Assembly (NCBI GenBank): GCA_050008655.1
Contig: JBEKMF010000002.1
Location: 1 to 52,273 of the forward strand
DNA from: Smithellaceae bacterium
Lineage (GTDB): Bacteria > Desulfobacterota > Syntrophia > Syntrophales > Smithellaceae
DNA length: 52,273 nt
Reading direction: 5' to 3'
Numbering within the stretch: the stretch's first letter is position 1; each line of letters starts with the position of its first letter. A program made the translations under genes and the position numbers. Below the pieces are notes generated by a model, which had not been told where the DNA came from, made no database searches, and saw nothing but the letters and a program-made list of their open reading frames with translations. Positions 37,789 to 47,056 of this stretch are shown piece after piece.

Positions 37789-38663
37789 TACGGTGCCTCA
37801 TGCTTCTCGAACCAGACACCTCCACGCCCATCAGGGCAAAGTGGAGCGGTGATATTACGCTCAGCCCGAAATTCGTCCAAGGCCTTACGAGAACCAAAGC
37901 AGGTTGCATAATCATCAATAATTATAAACCCTCCATGGCTAATTTGATCAAAGAAATTCTTCAGTGGTATCTTTGTAGATTCGTACCAATCACCATCTAA
38001 ACGCAACACGGCAATTGGCCCGATCCTCACACGATGAACAGGAACAGTCTCCTGGAACCAGCCCTTTACAAGATGAACCTCACTTTTAGGCAAATGTAAT
38101 TTATCGAACATCAAATCACTGACTTGCTCAATGGTTCCTAGACATGCCCCTTTTTGAAGTGGACGAATAAAATGGCCCGCCTTACCGCCTTCTTCGTAAT
38201 CTTCAGCAGTTGGCTCAGGTAGGCCTTCGTAGGAGTCAAAAAACCACTTCTGCCGTGTATTCGTTCCAAGTTCCCGATTTGTCAGAGCCATCATAGCGGC
38301 AGTACCCCCCTCGGCCACACCGCACTCAACCAAGGCTCCCCCGATTTTCTTTTGTTCGACAAGCGCAGTAACTTCAAATGCATTCTCGAGAGCCTTCCAT
38401 CCGCCCATGCTGTAGGGCAGTAACTGTCGCGTGAGTGATGTCTTTAGTTGCTGCTCCCGATCACCAAAGAGTCTTGCTTCGAGTACCCTCACTACATAAC
38501 TAGCTCTAAGAATCTGTTTGTAGCCCCTATAGAGTCCATCATAGATCACCTGGTATGCCTTTGGGGGAAGCATTGCTTGCAGCAAGGGTATGAGAATGCG
38601 TGCTAAGCGTCCAGCCAGAGAAGGCCGATATTCAATTTCCTGCTGTACTTTCTCGTCAATCAT
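37788..38663 (-). CDS. TylF/MycF-like SAM-dependent O-methyltransferase
   Basis: 291 aa. LVECGVAEGGTAAMMAL (motif I) and AVLRLDGDWYESTKIPLKNFFDQISHGGFIIIDDY (metal-binding D..D pattern of macrocin-O-methyltransferase-like enzymes). Confidence 0.8.
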   Translation of the reverse strand: MIDEKVQQEIEYRPSLAGRLARILIPLLQAMLPPKAYQVIYDGLYRGYKQILRASYVVRVLEARLFGDREQQLKTSLTRQLLPYSMGGWKALENAFEVTALVEQKKIGGALVECGVAEGGTAAMMALTNRELGTNTRQKWFFDSYEGLPEPTAEDYEEGGKAGHFIRPLQKGACLGTIEQVSDLMFDKLHLPKSEVHLVKGWFQETVPVHRVRIGPIAVLRLDGDWYESTKIPLKNFFDQISHGGFIIIDDYATCFGSRKALDEFRAERNITAPLCPDGRGGVWFEKHEAP

Positions 38664-38695
38664 AATGTCATAATGTCGTTCAGTCCGTTCCTAGA

Positions 38696-40024
38696 TTACT
38701 TTTCCGAAAATGTGTCATGCCCTCCCCGGGCCATCTGCTCCAAGAACTTGATCAAGTGCGTGTAAACAACGATCCCATCAAATGATTCCTTGAATGTCGT
38801 CAATGCGTTAGCCTGGAGAATTTCCAAACGACTCGGGCTTCTTGCTAGGGACTCCAGTTCAGCAGCAAGCCTCTCCGACCGATTGTAATAGCTAAAGCCG
38901 CATTCCTGCCGCATCAGCAAGTCATGAAGTGCACCTTTGCTCAGACTGAGGGCAATGGCCAATCCGCCGGAAAGGTACTCCCCGGGTTTATTGGGAATAT
39001 TATTAATGTAGTTTACGGACTCAATATATGGCGCGATACCGATGTCGGCCAATTCCAGCAAGGCCTTTATCTGCTCGGCATTGACCCAGCCCGGGAAAAG
39101 GACGTTACTGAGCCCCCGTGCTTTTCTTTTGATTTCTGCTGCGCTTTCGCCAACGCCGCAAATAATAACTTTTACGGGTATCTGGCTACCCTCCAGGATT
39201 TTAGCTGCCTGAATCACTGGTAAAAGATCATTATTTTTGCCAAGCGCGCCAAAAAAAACCACAATGAGTTCGCTGTTATCGCAGCTTACACCCATTTTCC
39301 GCCAAAATCGTTTTCCTTCTTCTATTCGAACAGCAGGAATGTTATCCGCCAAGTATCCCATTGGGAAAACGCGATCACTATCAGTACGAAATCGTCCAGC
39401 GTGTGTAACGCCCCATTCCACAAAAGCATCAGTTAATCCAATTATTCCATCTGCGCCTGCACAGGCGTTCATAAGTTTTCGTTTCATTGGCGCTGAGAAA
39501 AGACGGACAGCTGGCCAAAAGGCCTTTGGCACTAAATCAAAAAATACATCAGGCCATAAGTCTCGTATATCAAGTAAAACGGGGATATTACGCTTTCGAG
39601 CATAATTAACCGCCTCCAGGCCTAGCTCCGCAGTTGGGATGGAAGCCAATATAACATCAGGACGCTCAGGATCTTTTTCCGCTAAATCCGAAAAGCGTCG
39701 GGCAACCAAGGCATTGTCCCTAATTCGCGACAGTGAAATATTTTTTGAATAGCCACAGCCGTGAAGATACTGGATTTCGTAACCAGCTTCAACGGGAAGA
39801 CGCTTATCTGTTTCGTAGCGGTGACATCGTTTATAGTGATCGAAAGTGGATGTCCACCAAAGCACGCGATGCCCCATTTTGGATAACATCTGTGCCAAGA
39901 TTCCCATGCGCAGGGGTCTTTCAGCACCATAATTATCGTGAGGCGTCGGCTCTGATCGCTGAATTAGCCACACTTTCATAAATGGATTCTTTGCGGGGAT
40001 ATACTGCACTCTACCAACTTTCAT
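38696..40024 (-). CDS. Family 4 (GT-B) glycosyltransferase, WbuB-like
   Basis: 442 aa ORF. The likely functional start may be the ATG at 39979 (MKVWLIQRSEPTPHD). Other features: MGHRVLWWTSTFDHYK, and a C-terminal GT-B half with NKPGEYLSGGLAIA. Confidence 0.8.
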   Translation of the reverse strand: MKVGRVQYIPAKNPFMKVWLIQRSEPTPHDNYGAERPLRMGILAQMLSKMGHRVLWWTSTFDHYKRCHRYETDKRLPVEAGYEIQYLHGCGYSKNISLSRIRDNALVARRFSDLAEKDPERPDVILASIPTAELGLEAVNYARKRNIPVLLDIRDLWPDVFFDLVPKAFWPAVRLFSAPMKRKLMNACAGADGIIGLTDAFVEWGVTHAGRFRTDSDRVFPMGYLADNIPAVRIEEGKRFWRKMGVSCDNSELIVVFFGALGKNNDLLPVIQAAKILEGSQIPVKVIICGVGESAAEIKRKARGLSNVLFPGWVNAEQIKALLELADIGIAPYIESVNYINNIPNKPGEYLSGGLAIALSLSKGALHDLLMRQECGFSYYNRSERLAAELESLARSPSRLEILQANALTTFKESFDGIVVYTHLIKFLEQMARGGHDTFSEK

Positions 40025-40130
40025 CCTTTCAAATTAATATTTCCATCCAACTTCATCAAACACAATCATTATCATTTACCGTGGAGTCGTCCCTAATTCT
40101 CTAAAAGATCAAAGACGGGATAATTCGTGT

Positions 40131-41660
40131 TTAGTTTCTGTCTGCCAGTTTGATTTTCAATAATTGCCCCCAAAGCCAGTCCCGCGTTACCGGTGTGATA
40201 ATGGCTGTTATTCCTAGCGTTAATACAGAAATTATCGACAAATAAATCAGCAACGTAAATTGCGCCATTGAGGAACTGATAAATAATTTCCCGGAAGAGG
40301 CAATAACTAAAGCCACAGCAAGCGGGATCAATACATCCTGCCAATACCAGCGCCATTTTTCTTTATTTAGCAAGCGGCGATGCATTAATGGAACTTCAAA
40401 AAGCACATAACCTACGTTTAAAATTAGCCAGACACTTGCCGCCCCGGTGGCACCATAGTTGGCTGTCATGTAAACTATCGACGTAACAAACAGCACAACG
40501 GCCACCAAATTACTAAAAAAAAATAATCTGGTCCAGCCAAATGACAATTGCAGCGCATGGGGAAGATACATAAGGGCATTAAGGGCAGTCCCGCAAATGA
40601 GAATGCTCACAAGCAAGTGCGATTTCTCAGCTGTTATCGGATTTTGTGTCCAGAGTAAAATGATTTCATAAGAATACAGGGCAACAACAATGGAAGCAGG
40701 TAAAATCAAAACAGCCATAAACTGGCAGCCTTTATGATAAAGCTGTTTTAACCCTTCCTGTGCGTTGAGAGAAACCAATTGGGTGAATCGGGGATAAATA
40801 CTGGCGAACAGCGACACGCTCACACGCAATGGGCTCAAGGCAATTATACTGGCCAGCGCGTAATAACCAAACATCTCCAAAGATAGCATTTTGCTTAATA
40901 TGATTTTATCCACTTGAGTAAGAATTATTCCGAGGATAGTGGTGCCGCCAATCCCGGCGGCAAACCGGCCGATACCTTTCAGCAGCTGCTTTTGAAAAAC
41001 AGGCCTGTTTTCACTTTTCGGCAGCTTACGCCAAAAAAAAGTCACTAAAAGAAATGTATGTGTTGCGCTGATAATAATCTGCCATAAAAAAAATGCCTGA
41101 ATCGTGGGAGAAATCAGCCATAAAACCGCAACAGCGCCAACGCCGCGTAAAGTACTTATACTAATATTAACCGCATTTAATATAATCTGGCGTTGGAGCC
41201 CGGTAAGCCCGCCTGCGTAGAAACTAATTGGCCATTGCAGCATCAATGTAAATCCCATTATTAAAACTGCTTGTTCAATAGTTGAGGATGATAATTGCTC
41301 TGCCCTGACCCAATGATGAGCAATAAAAGGCGATGCTGTTATGACCACAATTCCGATAACCAATGCTATACACCAGTAAATAATTTCCAGCGAACGGACC
41401 AGATTGCGTATTTCCTGTTCCTTTTCCGGCAGCACAGAAAGCCGCGCCATTTCACGGTTCAATGTACCGCTGAACCCCATATCGAGAAGTCCGGTCATCA
41501 CTTGGAGCATGGCAAAAAAACCTATTAGCCCATAGGATTCTATCCCCAGAAATTTTATATAAAGGGGTACGAACACGAGTCCCATGAGGGCCATCCAAGC
41601 ATTTCCTAATAAAGTTGCGCTAATATTTTGCTTGAGCAAGTTCATACGGCCCGTATTCAA
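40131..41660 (-). CDS. MOP-superfamily oligosaccharide/polysaccharide flippase (Wzx-like), second copy
   Basis: 509 aa, about 14 TM segments. LLKQNISATLLGNAWMALMGLVFVPLYIKFLGIESYG is typical of Polysacc_synt flippases. Confidence 0.8.
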   Translation of the reverse strand: MNTGRMNLLKQNISATLLGNAWMALMGLVFVPLYIKFLGIESYGLIGFFAMLQVMTGLLDMGFSGTLNREMARLSVLPEKEQEIRNLVRSLEIIYWCIALVIGIVVITASPFIAHHWVRAEQLSSSTIEQAVLIMGFTLMLQWPISFYAGGLTGLQRQIILNAVNISISTLRGVGAVAVLWLISPTIQAFFLWQIIISATHTFLLVTFFWRKLPKSENRPVFQKQLLKGIGRFAAGIGGTTILGIILTQVDKIILSKMLSLEMFGYYALASIIALSPLRVSVSLFASIYPRFTQLVSLNAQEGLKQLYHKGCQFMAVLILPASIVVALYSYEIILLWTQNPITAEKSHLLVSILICGTALNALMYLPHALQLSFGWTRLFFFSNLVAVVLFVTSIVYMTANYGATGAASVWLILNVGYVLFEVPLMHRRLLNKEKWRWYWQDVLIPLAVALVIASSGKLFISSSMAQFTLLIYLSIISVLTLGITAIITPVTRDWLWGQLLKIKLADRN

Positions 41661-41791
41661 AGCCTACTTTTCCAGAATGACCGACCCGATATCGTGGCCA
41701 CATTGTTGCAGTTATTTAGTTCAGAAGTATCCATTGCAATTCAAAGGTTGTAGTCTGGAGACTGCTGGCCAGTGTTTCTGGTTATACAAGA

Positions 41792-43597
41792 TTACCGAAT
41801 ATAGATCCCAAATGCCTCATTCTCCCATAGAAGCCTATATCGAAGAATCTTTATATATTCGACCTTTAGATATTGAAGGATTTGTATACTGTCGTCGTTC
41901 CCTTCAATTTCACTTACATGCGGCCAGTTTCTGTCCCTGGTGGAAACTTTTTGAAATACAAATAATTTTGGCAAGTTATTGGCGGATTCCAATAATTGCT
42001 GGCGCTCTTTAATCTTATCCAAAGGACAAACTCCTGGCCATGAATATCCGATTGCCGAGCGCGTTTCTGTTAAATAATATATTAAAGGTATGCTTGTCAC
42101 CGCAAAAATTGTGTCGCCCTTATTTGTATGTTTTTGAATCTGATACAGTAGCTCATCAAGAACCTTCACCCGTTCTTTTGTTGAATATATTGCACGAAGC
42201 GAGTGGTTCGAAAACTCTGTATTCAACTCAAATCTGTTAGGATTGTCTCTATAAATATTGGTATAGTGGAAAAACAGAGACATAACCAATGTTACCGTCA
42301 TAAAACAGTTCATTAAAGGTAGTATCGACAGTATCCCGCCCGATTTTTCGCTATCCTGTAATTTGTAAGCGCATAATATGGAAAGAGGCAATATCAGCCA
42401 CATACCGAATGATTCCTTCAGGCCATCAGCAGAGCCTATAGGCGTAATAATCATCGTTATGATACCCGCCAAAAGCAGTAGCGTCAAATTTCTGTCTTGA
42501 CCGCGGTTAACGGTTAGAAATATCCCTGAAAGAAAAATTACGACCCCAAAAGCAATATTAATCGCTATGAGAGCAAAAGAATTTATGGATAATCGTGATA
42601 AGAAAAACAGAGCGATGACGCCTGCTGTCGCAAGAAAAATCAATCCTTCAGCTACTCTATTCCCTAATCTTTGGCCAATCGCAGCGATCACGTAAATGCC
42701 CCCTAGCAGACACGCTGTAGAAACGGTTATCTGTATGAACTGTCGTATGTATTTTGGGATTAATAGCCACACGTTGTGCGTCCCGTGGACACCTCTAGCT
42801 GAATCGCCTAATGTGGCTAAAACAGATGTACTATAATTTGCCGACAAACCTATATGCCGGTAAAATAAAATGAAAAACAGAATCGAACAGCTAAGGCCAG
42901 AGACTGCTAGAAGCGATGTGCGTATATAACCAGATAAATTTCTATTTACAGCAATGTAATAAAAAAGAATTGCAATAGGAATCAGTATAAAAAGGATGAG
43001 GGTGATCCTACTTAATATAATTGGTATTACAATGAAGCCAAGCAAAAAACTATATATATGATATCTTTTAGTGCATGCCGTGCTTATTAGTAATTTATTT
43101 AATATCCATAGTTCGATACTCATTAATAGCGCAGGAAAAGTGAAGTAATCAATGATGCATATACCAAAGCGCATTGTTACGAATAGGGAAGAGATGAAAA
43201 CAACTGCAAAAACTTTCTTGCGGTCAAAATAAGAAACTAAAATGGAAAATATGATTGCGGTATTTAGGGAAAAAACTAAAACACCGCCCAACCTGGCCCA
43301 AATAACACTTGGCGACCCTGCCACGCTTAGCCACATACCACCTATGTAATCCGTTAGAAATATGAGTGACTCTACTTCATTAATATCAATCGGAATGCGG
43401 GAAGAAGAAACCTGATTTGTGAGATGAAACCCCAAATCAGTTACATCAATGCCTTGGAAAATAGTCAGGATATGAAATAAAAAGCTGATTGCAAATATTG
43501 AATATGCATTAAATACTTTTCTGCCGTCTATAGGAAGATTAATTTTCATAGAATCGTAAAACTTATTTACCACATACTGAACATTTTCCGATGTCAT
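41792..43597 (-). CDS. Large polytopic membrane protein with C-terminal soluble domain (possible GT-C glycosyltransferase or polymerase)
   Basis: Track ORF is 41792-43675 (627 aa). I favour the ATG at 43597 (MTSENVQYVVNKFYDSMK), because the first 26 codons overlap, in another frame, the aminotransferase remnant described below, and that remnant ends in ATGA on this ATG. More than 12 TM segments, an early DVTDLGF loop, and a ~150-aa C-terminal non-membrane domain. AT-rich. Confidence 0.55.
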   Translation of the reverse strand: MTSENVQYVVNKFYDSMKINLPIDGRKVFNAYSIFAISFLFHILTIFQGIDVTDLGFHLTNQVSSSRIPIDINEVESLIFLTDYIGGMWLSVAGSPSVIWARLGGVLVFSLNTAIIFSILVSYFDRKKVFAVVFISSLFVTMRFGICIIDYFTFPALLMSIELWILNKLLISTACTKRYHIYSFLLGFIVIPIILSRITLILFILIPIAILFYYIAVNRNLSGYIRTSLLAVSGLSCSILFFILFYRHIGLSANYSTSVLATLGDSARGVHGTHNVWLLIPKYIRQFIQITVSTACLLGGIYVIAAIGQRLGNRVAEGLIFLATAGVIALFFLSRLSINSFALIAINIAFGVVIFLSGIFLTVNRGQDRNLTLLLLAGIITMIITPIGSADGLKESFGMWLILPLSILCAYKLQDSEKSGGILSILPLMNCFMTVTLVMSLFFHYTNIYRDNPNRFELNTEFSNHSLRAIYSTKERVKVLDELLYQIQKHTNKGDTIFAVTSIPLIYYLTETRSAIGYSWPGVCPLDKIKERQQLLESANNLPKLFVFQKVSTRDRNWPHVSEIEGNDDSIQILQYLKVEYIKILRYRLLWENEAFGIYIR

Positions 43598-43755
43598 CTC
43601 ATAATATAACGGTAGTCGCTGACCCTCTGTAGCGCCTTTTTCTCTCCCATTCTCTTTTCTAGCCAAGCGTGACATCGTTTGGTAAACAGGCCATCACCCG
43701 CCTGTATCTGGTTGAAATACGCCTCGGAGATGTTGAAAAGTTCTTTACTGGTCAT
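43594..43755 (-). pseudogene. 53-codon remnant of the 5' end of a DegT/WecE-type sugar aminotransferase gene
   Basis: Below the track cutoff. ATG at 43755. Translation is MTSKELFNISEAYFNQIQAGDGLFTKRCHAWLEKRMGEKKALQRVSDYRYIMR. The GDG.FT(K/R)RC..WLE.R.G..K.L stretch matches the N-terminus of E. coli WecE as I recall it (GDGGFTRRCQQWLEQRFGSAKVLL). Similarity stops where the PLP-fold core should begin. Sits exactly at a GC-normal / AT-rich junction. Confidence 0.5.
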
Positions 43756-43777
43756 ATACGGTTTGTTTTTCAGGAAA

Positions 43778-44428
43778 TCATGTGCGAGTACACACCGTTA
43801 AGCAGTGTGTATACGGAATCCATGATCGATGACGAATTTCGACATGAGGCTCTGGAAATACTTTGGAGAGCAATGCAGTATAGCCTTCGCGTGTGCGGAC
43901 TTTTTGCCCGCGGTCCCATGAGATAAGATGCCGGGCTATCGGATTTTGCTTTGGTGCAAAACACGGATCCACTGTAATCAGTCGGCCACACGGTTTCAGG
44001 GCATTATGTGCAAGCTCAAGTAATGAGGCGGCGTTTGCATCGTCAAGGTGGTGGAGCACGCCAATGGCCAAAGTGATATCAAACTTCGGCAGAGATTCCA
44101 AGTCTTCTGAGGTCAGCTCCTTGCAGAAAAAATGTCCCGCAGTACGATTTTTTTGGGCCCATCTGATATAAGCAGGGTTGATGTCAAAGCCCCAATAACT
44201 CACCCTAGGAAGATATGCTAATATTTCTGCCGGGCCACACCCGATGTCCAAAATTTGGGCACCTGATTGCGGGCGCACAAAGTCCGATACAAAAGCAGTA
44301 TTCCATTTACGATCCTCAAAAATACCGCCCACAAAGAAAATCTGCGAGAAAATATAAATAAAGGGATTGTCTAGCAAAGATCTAATGCCGGTTGTAATTT
44401 GTCCCAAGGATGTCCTCTCTTTGCGCAC
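43778..44428 (-). CDS. Class I SAM-dependent methyltransferase
   Basis: 216 aa, GTG start. ILDIGCGPAEILAYL (motif I), ITLAIGVLHHLDD, LKPCGRLI. Confidence 0.8.
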   Translation of the reverse strand: MRKERTSLGQITTGIRSLLDNPFIYIFSQIFFVGGIFEDRKWNTAFVSDFVRPQSGAQILDIGCGPAEILAYLPRVSYWGFDINPAYIRWAQKNRTAGHFFCKELTSEDLESLPKFDITLAIGVLHHLDDANAASLLELAHNALKPCGRLITVDPCFAPKQNPIARHLISWDRGQKVRTREGYTALLSKVFPEPHVEIRHRSWIPYTHCLTVCTRT

Positions 44429-44712
44429 TTTTCTTATTTAGACGCGCATTACAATGTATTTGCACGACCTTTATAAGAAAATTGCCGCCATCTCCAGGAC
44501 CGCCGCTTCGATAGGAAAACCATATCTTGTAACCTGCTTCTATATTTCCCATAACAGTGGGTCTGGAAAATGCTTGGCCTCTTCCAGGTTTGCAAGTAAC
44601 AGCCAAACCTTCACGATTCCAGTTATGTCCATCTCCGACGAAGCGTAGTTTATAACAGGCATCTCTCCGTTACCGGCATTCCAAGCTGTCGTTGAGCCAT
44701 ACCACATGCTGT

Positions 44713-47034
44713 TTACAGTGCTTTTTTATCACGATACCAAACACTTAATTTACCATCTTTTTCAACGATAGCGGAGTCTGGAAGTTTCCAGAAAGGATTC
44801 CATTTTAAGCGATCTTCCAAGGAGTAGTCAGAACGAATCAACACCCTATCTTTATCCCTCCTGATAATTAAATTTCCATTTAGTGCTATTTTCCCAATAT
44901 CGGTCATTAAAGTAACCTTGGGTTTAATTCTGCCCGATATTATTCCCGAATTTAAAATACTATCAGCGAGTTCAATCGTCTCATCCAACGAAGTACGAAG
45001 CCAATCAATTCCGCCAATAGGCACACAATGAAAAAGATAGTGGTTTTCGATATTCAGCGATCGAAGAGAGTCGTATAAATTTATTAAATCCATAACGGAA
45101 TCATTAATACCTTTTAACAAAACGGTTTGGTTATAAATTGTAGAAACGCAGGAACCTATTCTCTGGTATGCTTCGCGTACCTCGGGAAATAATTCTAAAG
45201 AATGATTTATCTGAGTTGCCATTTCTACACGAAAAGAATATTTCTTTTTTAAAACAGAAAGAATATTATCATTTACCCAATCCGGCTGATGAACAGGCAG
45301 GCGACTGGCTATTCTAACTACTTCTATGAAAGGTGAATGGCTGTTTAATTCATCAAGTAAATGCGATAGCTTTTTGGGCACTAGGAATGGGTCACCACCT
45401 GTAATTAATATTTCTCTAACATCGCTGGCTAATTCCGATTGTCCTAAAAATCTGGCTATTCTGCTTAAATCATCATTTGTCAAAATAAAAGGTTCATAAT
45501 TTCTTCGCAAACAATGTCTACAGTGAGCAACGCACATTAAGGTAATATCAACCAAAATTTGTCTTTTATATAAGCGTTCAACACCAAATAATTTTTTATC
45601 TTCAAAAACAAATTCTGCAGAAGCATCATAGTGTTTCGTTGCTTCATTTTCAGATATTTCTGTTTCATTCTTATTAAATATAAATTGCGTTGTAAGAACT
45701 TTAAGAATGTCTTCTCTGTTTTCGGTTCTGGCTTTATTAATCTGTTTTTGTAAAAAGGGCGATATTCTTTCATTATATCGCTTGTACTTTTCCCTTTTGA
45801 CCGAAGTATTACCGGTATCATTTTTTGGAAGAACATATATATGAATATAATCCTCAACATGATGCCACTTTTCTTGCATTTCTTTGTGACTATCAAACTC
45901 TAAGAACACCACACCTAAGGCATAATCACCTCTGGTAAATGGTTTTACTTCAGTCTCAAATTCAACAAAATTGATACTTTTCATAATATTGTTTACAATT
46001 TCCAGAGAATAATGAATTCCTGTATACTGCCCCTCTTCCGACGCGTTTAAAATATAAGTCATAACCGATTTAGGATTTGCTACATGCAATTGTTGAACAG
46101 GGTATTCGATACCTAAAGCACAATAAACTGCGGCTTCTGTCAAATCTACTCCAGTTGACATTTTAATTAAATCAGGAACGTAATTACCTCCATTGCGTAG
46201 CCCAATATCCAAAATAACAACTTTTCCGTTTACAAACAAAGCATCAAAATTCATACAACCAGTAACTAAATTAAAAGTTGTAATAATCTTTTGTAATTGA
46301 TCATCCAATTGGCCTATAACTTCTTTTCCAAAAAAACCGGGCATAATTTCGCCAATAGGTACTTTCAATTTACTGCCTTTTAAAAAATAATTGTGTCCAT
46401 AATGTCCAAATGCGAGTTTACCGTTTTGTATCAAAATATCCCCATCAAGTTCAAGCATATCGCTCTTTAATAATTCTTCACAAACCACCACACCACACCG
46501 ACTGTATTTTTTTGCATCGACGATTGCTCTTTGTATTTGAAGTGAAGACGAAACAATTGTCTGACCTTTTGAACCACTGGAATCTGAAGCTTTTACCAAA
46601 ATTGGATAATTTAAATCTATTTCTTTAAATTTATCATCAGACTCAATAATAACGAAGTTGGGATAAGGAAGACCAACTTGTTTTTGAAACTTTCGAAACT
46701 CATGCTTTAGTTGGAGAATTTTAGCTGAATTATACGGATTACCGGGCAAATTTAATTTTTCTGCAATATATGAAACGCCCGGCGACGAAACATCTGATCC
46801 ATAGGTCATAACTCCATCTATGTTATATTTCTTTGCAACTTCTATAAGACTGTCTAAGTCGGTTGTAGAAACATTTTCACTAAAGTCCCCAACAAAGTGC
46901 CCAATATTCGAAGGCACATTATCTGTAACAATTACCTGAACATCCAATTGTTGTGCCGTTTTAATAGCGGGTAATTGAAACTGTGTTGCCCCCAAAAACA
47001 ATATTTTTTTGGTATTAAATAAATTATTGCACAT
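44713..47034 (-). CDS. Fusion protein: N-terminal ATP-grasp ligase domain + C-terminal KamA-family (2,3-aminomutase-like) radical SAM domain
   Basis: 773 aa in a single uninterrupted frame. N-terminal half: KKILFLGATQFQLPAIKTAQQL, YPILVKASDSSGSKG, VVCEELL, ILDIGLRNGG (ATP-grasp layout). C-terminal half: LMCVAHCRHCLRRN (CX3CX2C followed by RR, as in lysine 2,3-aminomutase relatives), ILITGGDPF, NQTVLLKGIND, HYLFHC, and a Lys in TDIGKIAL where KamA enzymes have the PLP lysine. Confidence 0.85.
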   Translation of the reverse strand: MCNNLFNTKKILFLGATQFQLPAIKTAQQLDVQVIVTDNVPSNIGHFVGDFSENVSTTDLDSLIEVAKKYNIDGVMTYGSDVSSPGVSYIAEKLNLPGNPYNSAKILQLKHEFRKFQKQVGLPYPNFVIIESDDKFKEIDLNYPILVKASDSSGSKGQTIVSSSLQIQRAIVDAKKYSRCGVVVCEELLKSDMLELDGDILIQNGKLAFGHYGHNYFLKGSKLKVPIGEIMPGFFGKEVIGQLDDQLQKIITTFNLVTGCMNFDALFVNGKVVILDIGLRNGGNYVPDLIKMSTGVDLTEAAVYCALGIEYPVQQLHVANPKSVMTYILNASEEGQYTGIHYSLEIVNNIMKSINFVEFETEVKPFTRGDYALGVVFLEFDSHKEMQEKWHHVEDYIHIYVLPKNDTGNTSVKREKYKRYNERISPFLQKQINKARTENREDILKVLTTQFIFNKNETEISENEATKHYDASAEFVFEDKKLFGVERLYKRQILVDITLMCVAHCRHCLRRNYEPFILTNDDLSRIARFLGQSELASDVREILITGGDPFLVPKKLSHLLDELNSHSPFIEVVRIASRLPVHQPDWVNDNILSVLKKKYSFRVEMATQINHSLELFPEVREAYQRIGSCVSTIYNQTVLLKGINDSVMDLINLYDSLRSLNIENHYLFHCVPIGGIDWLRTSLDETIELADSILNSGIISGRIKPKVTLMTDIGKIALNGNLIIRRDKDRVLIRSDYSLEDRLKWNPFWKLPDSAIVEKDGKLSVWYRDKKAL

Positions 47035-47056
47035 AACCTAGGCTTTAAAAACCATG

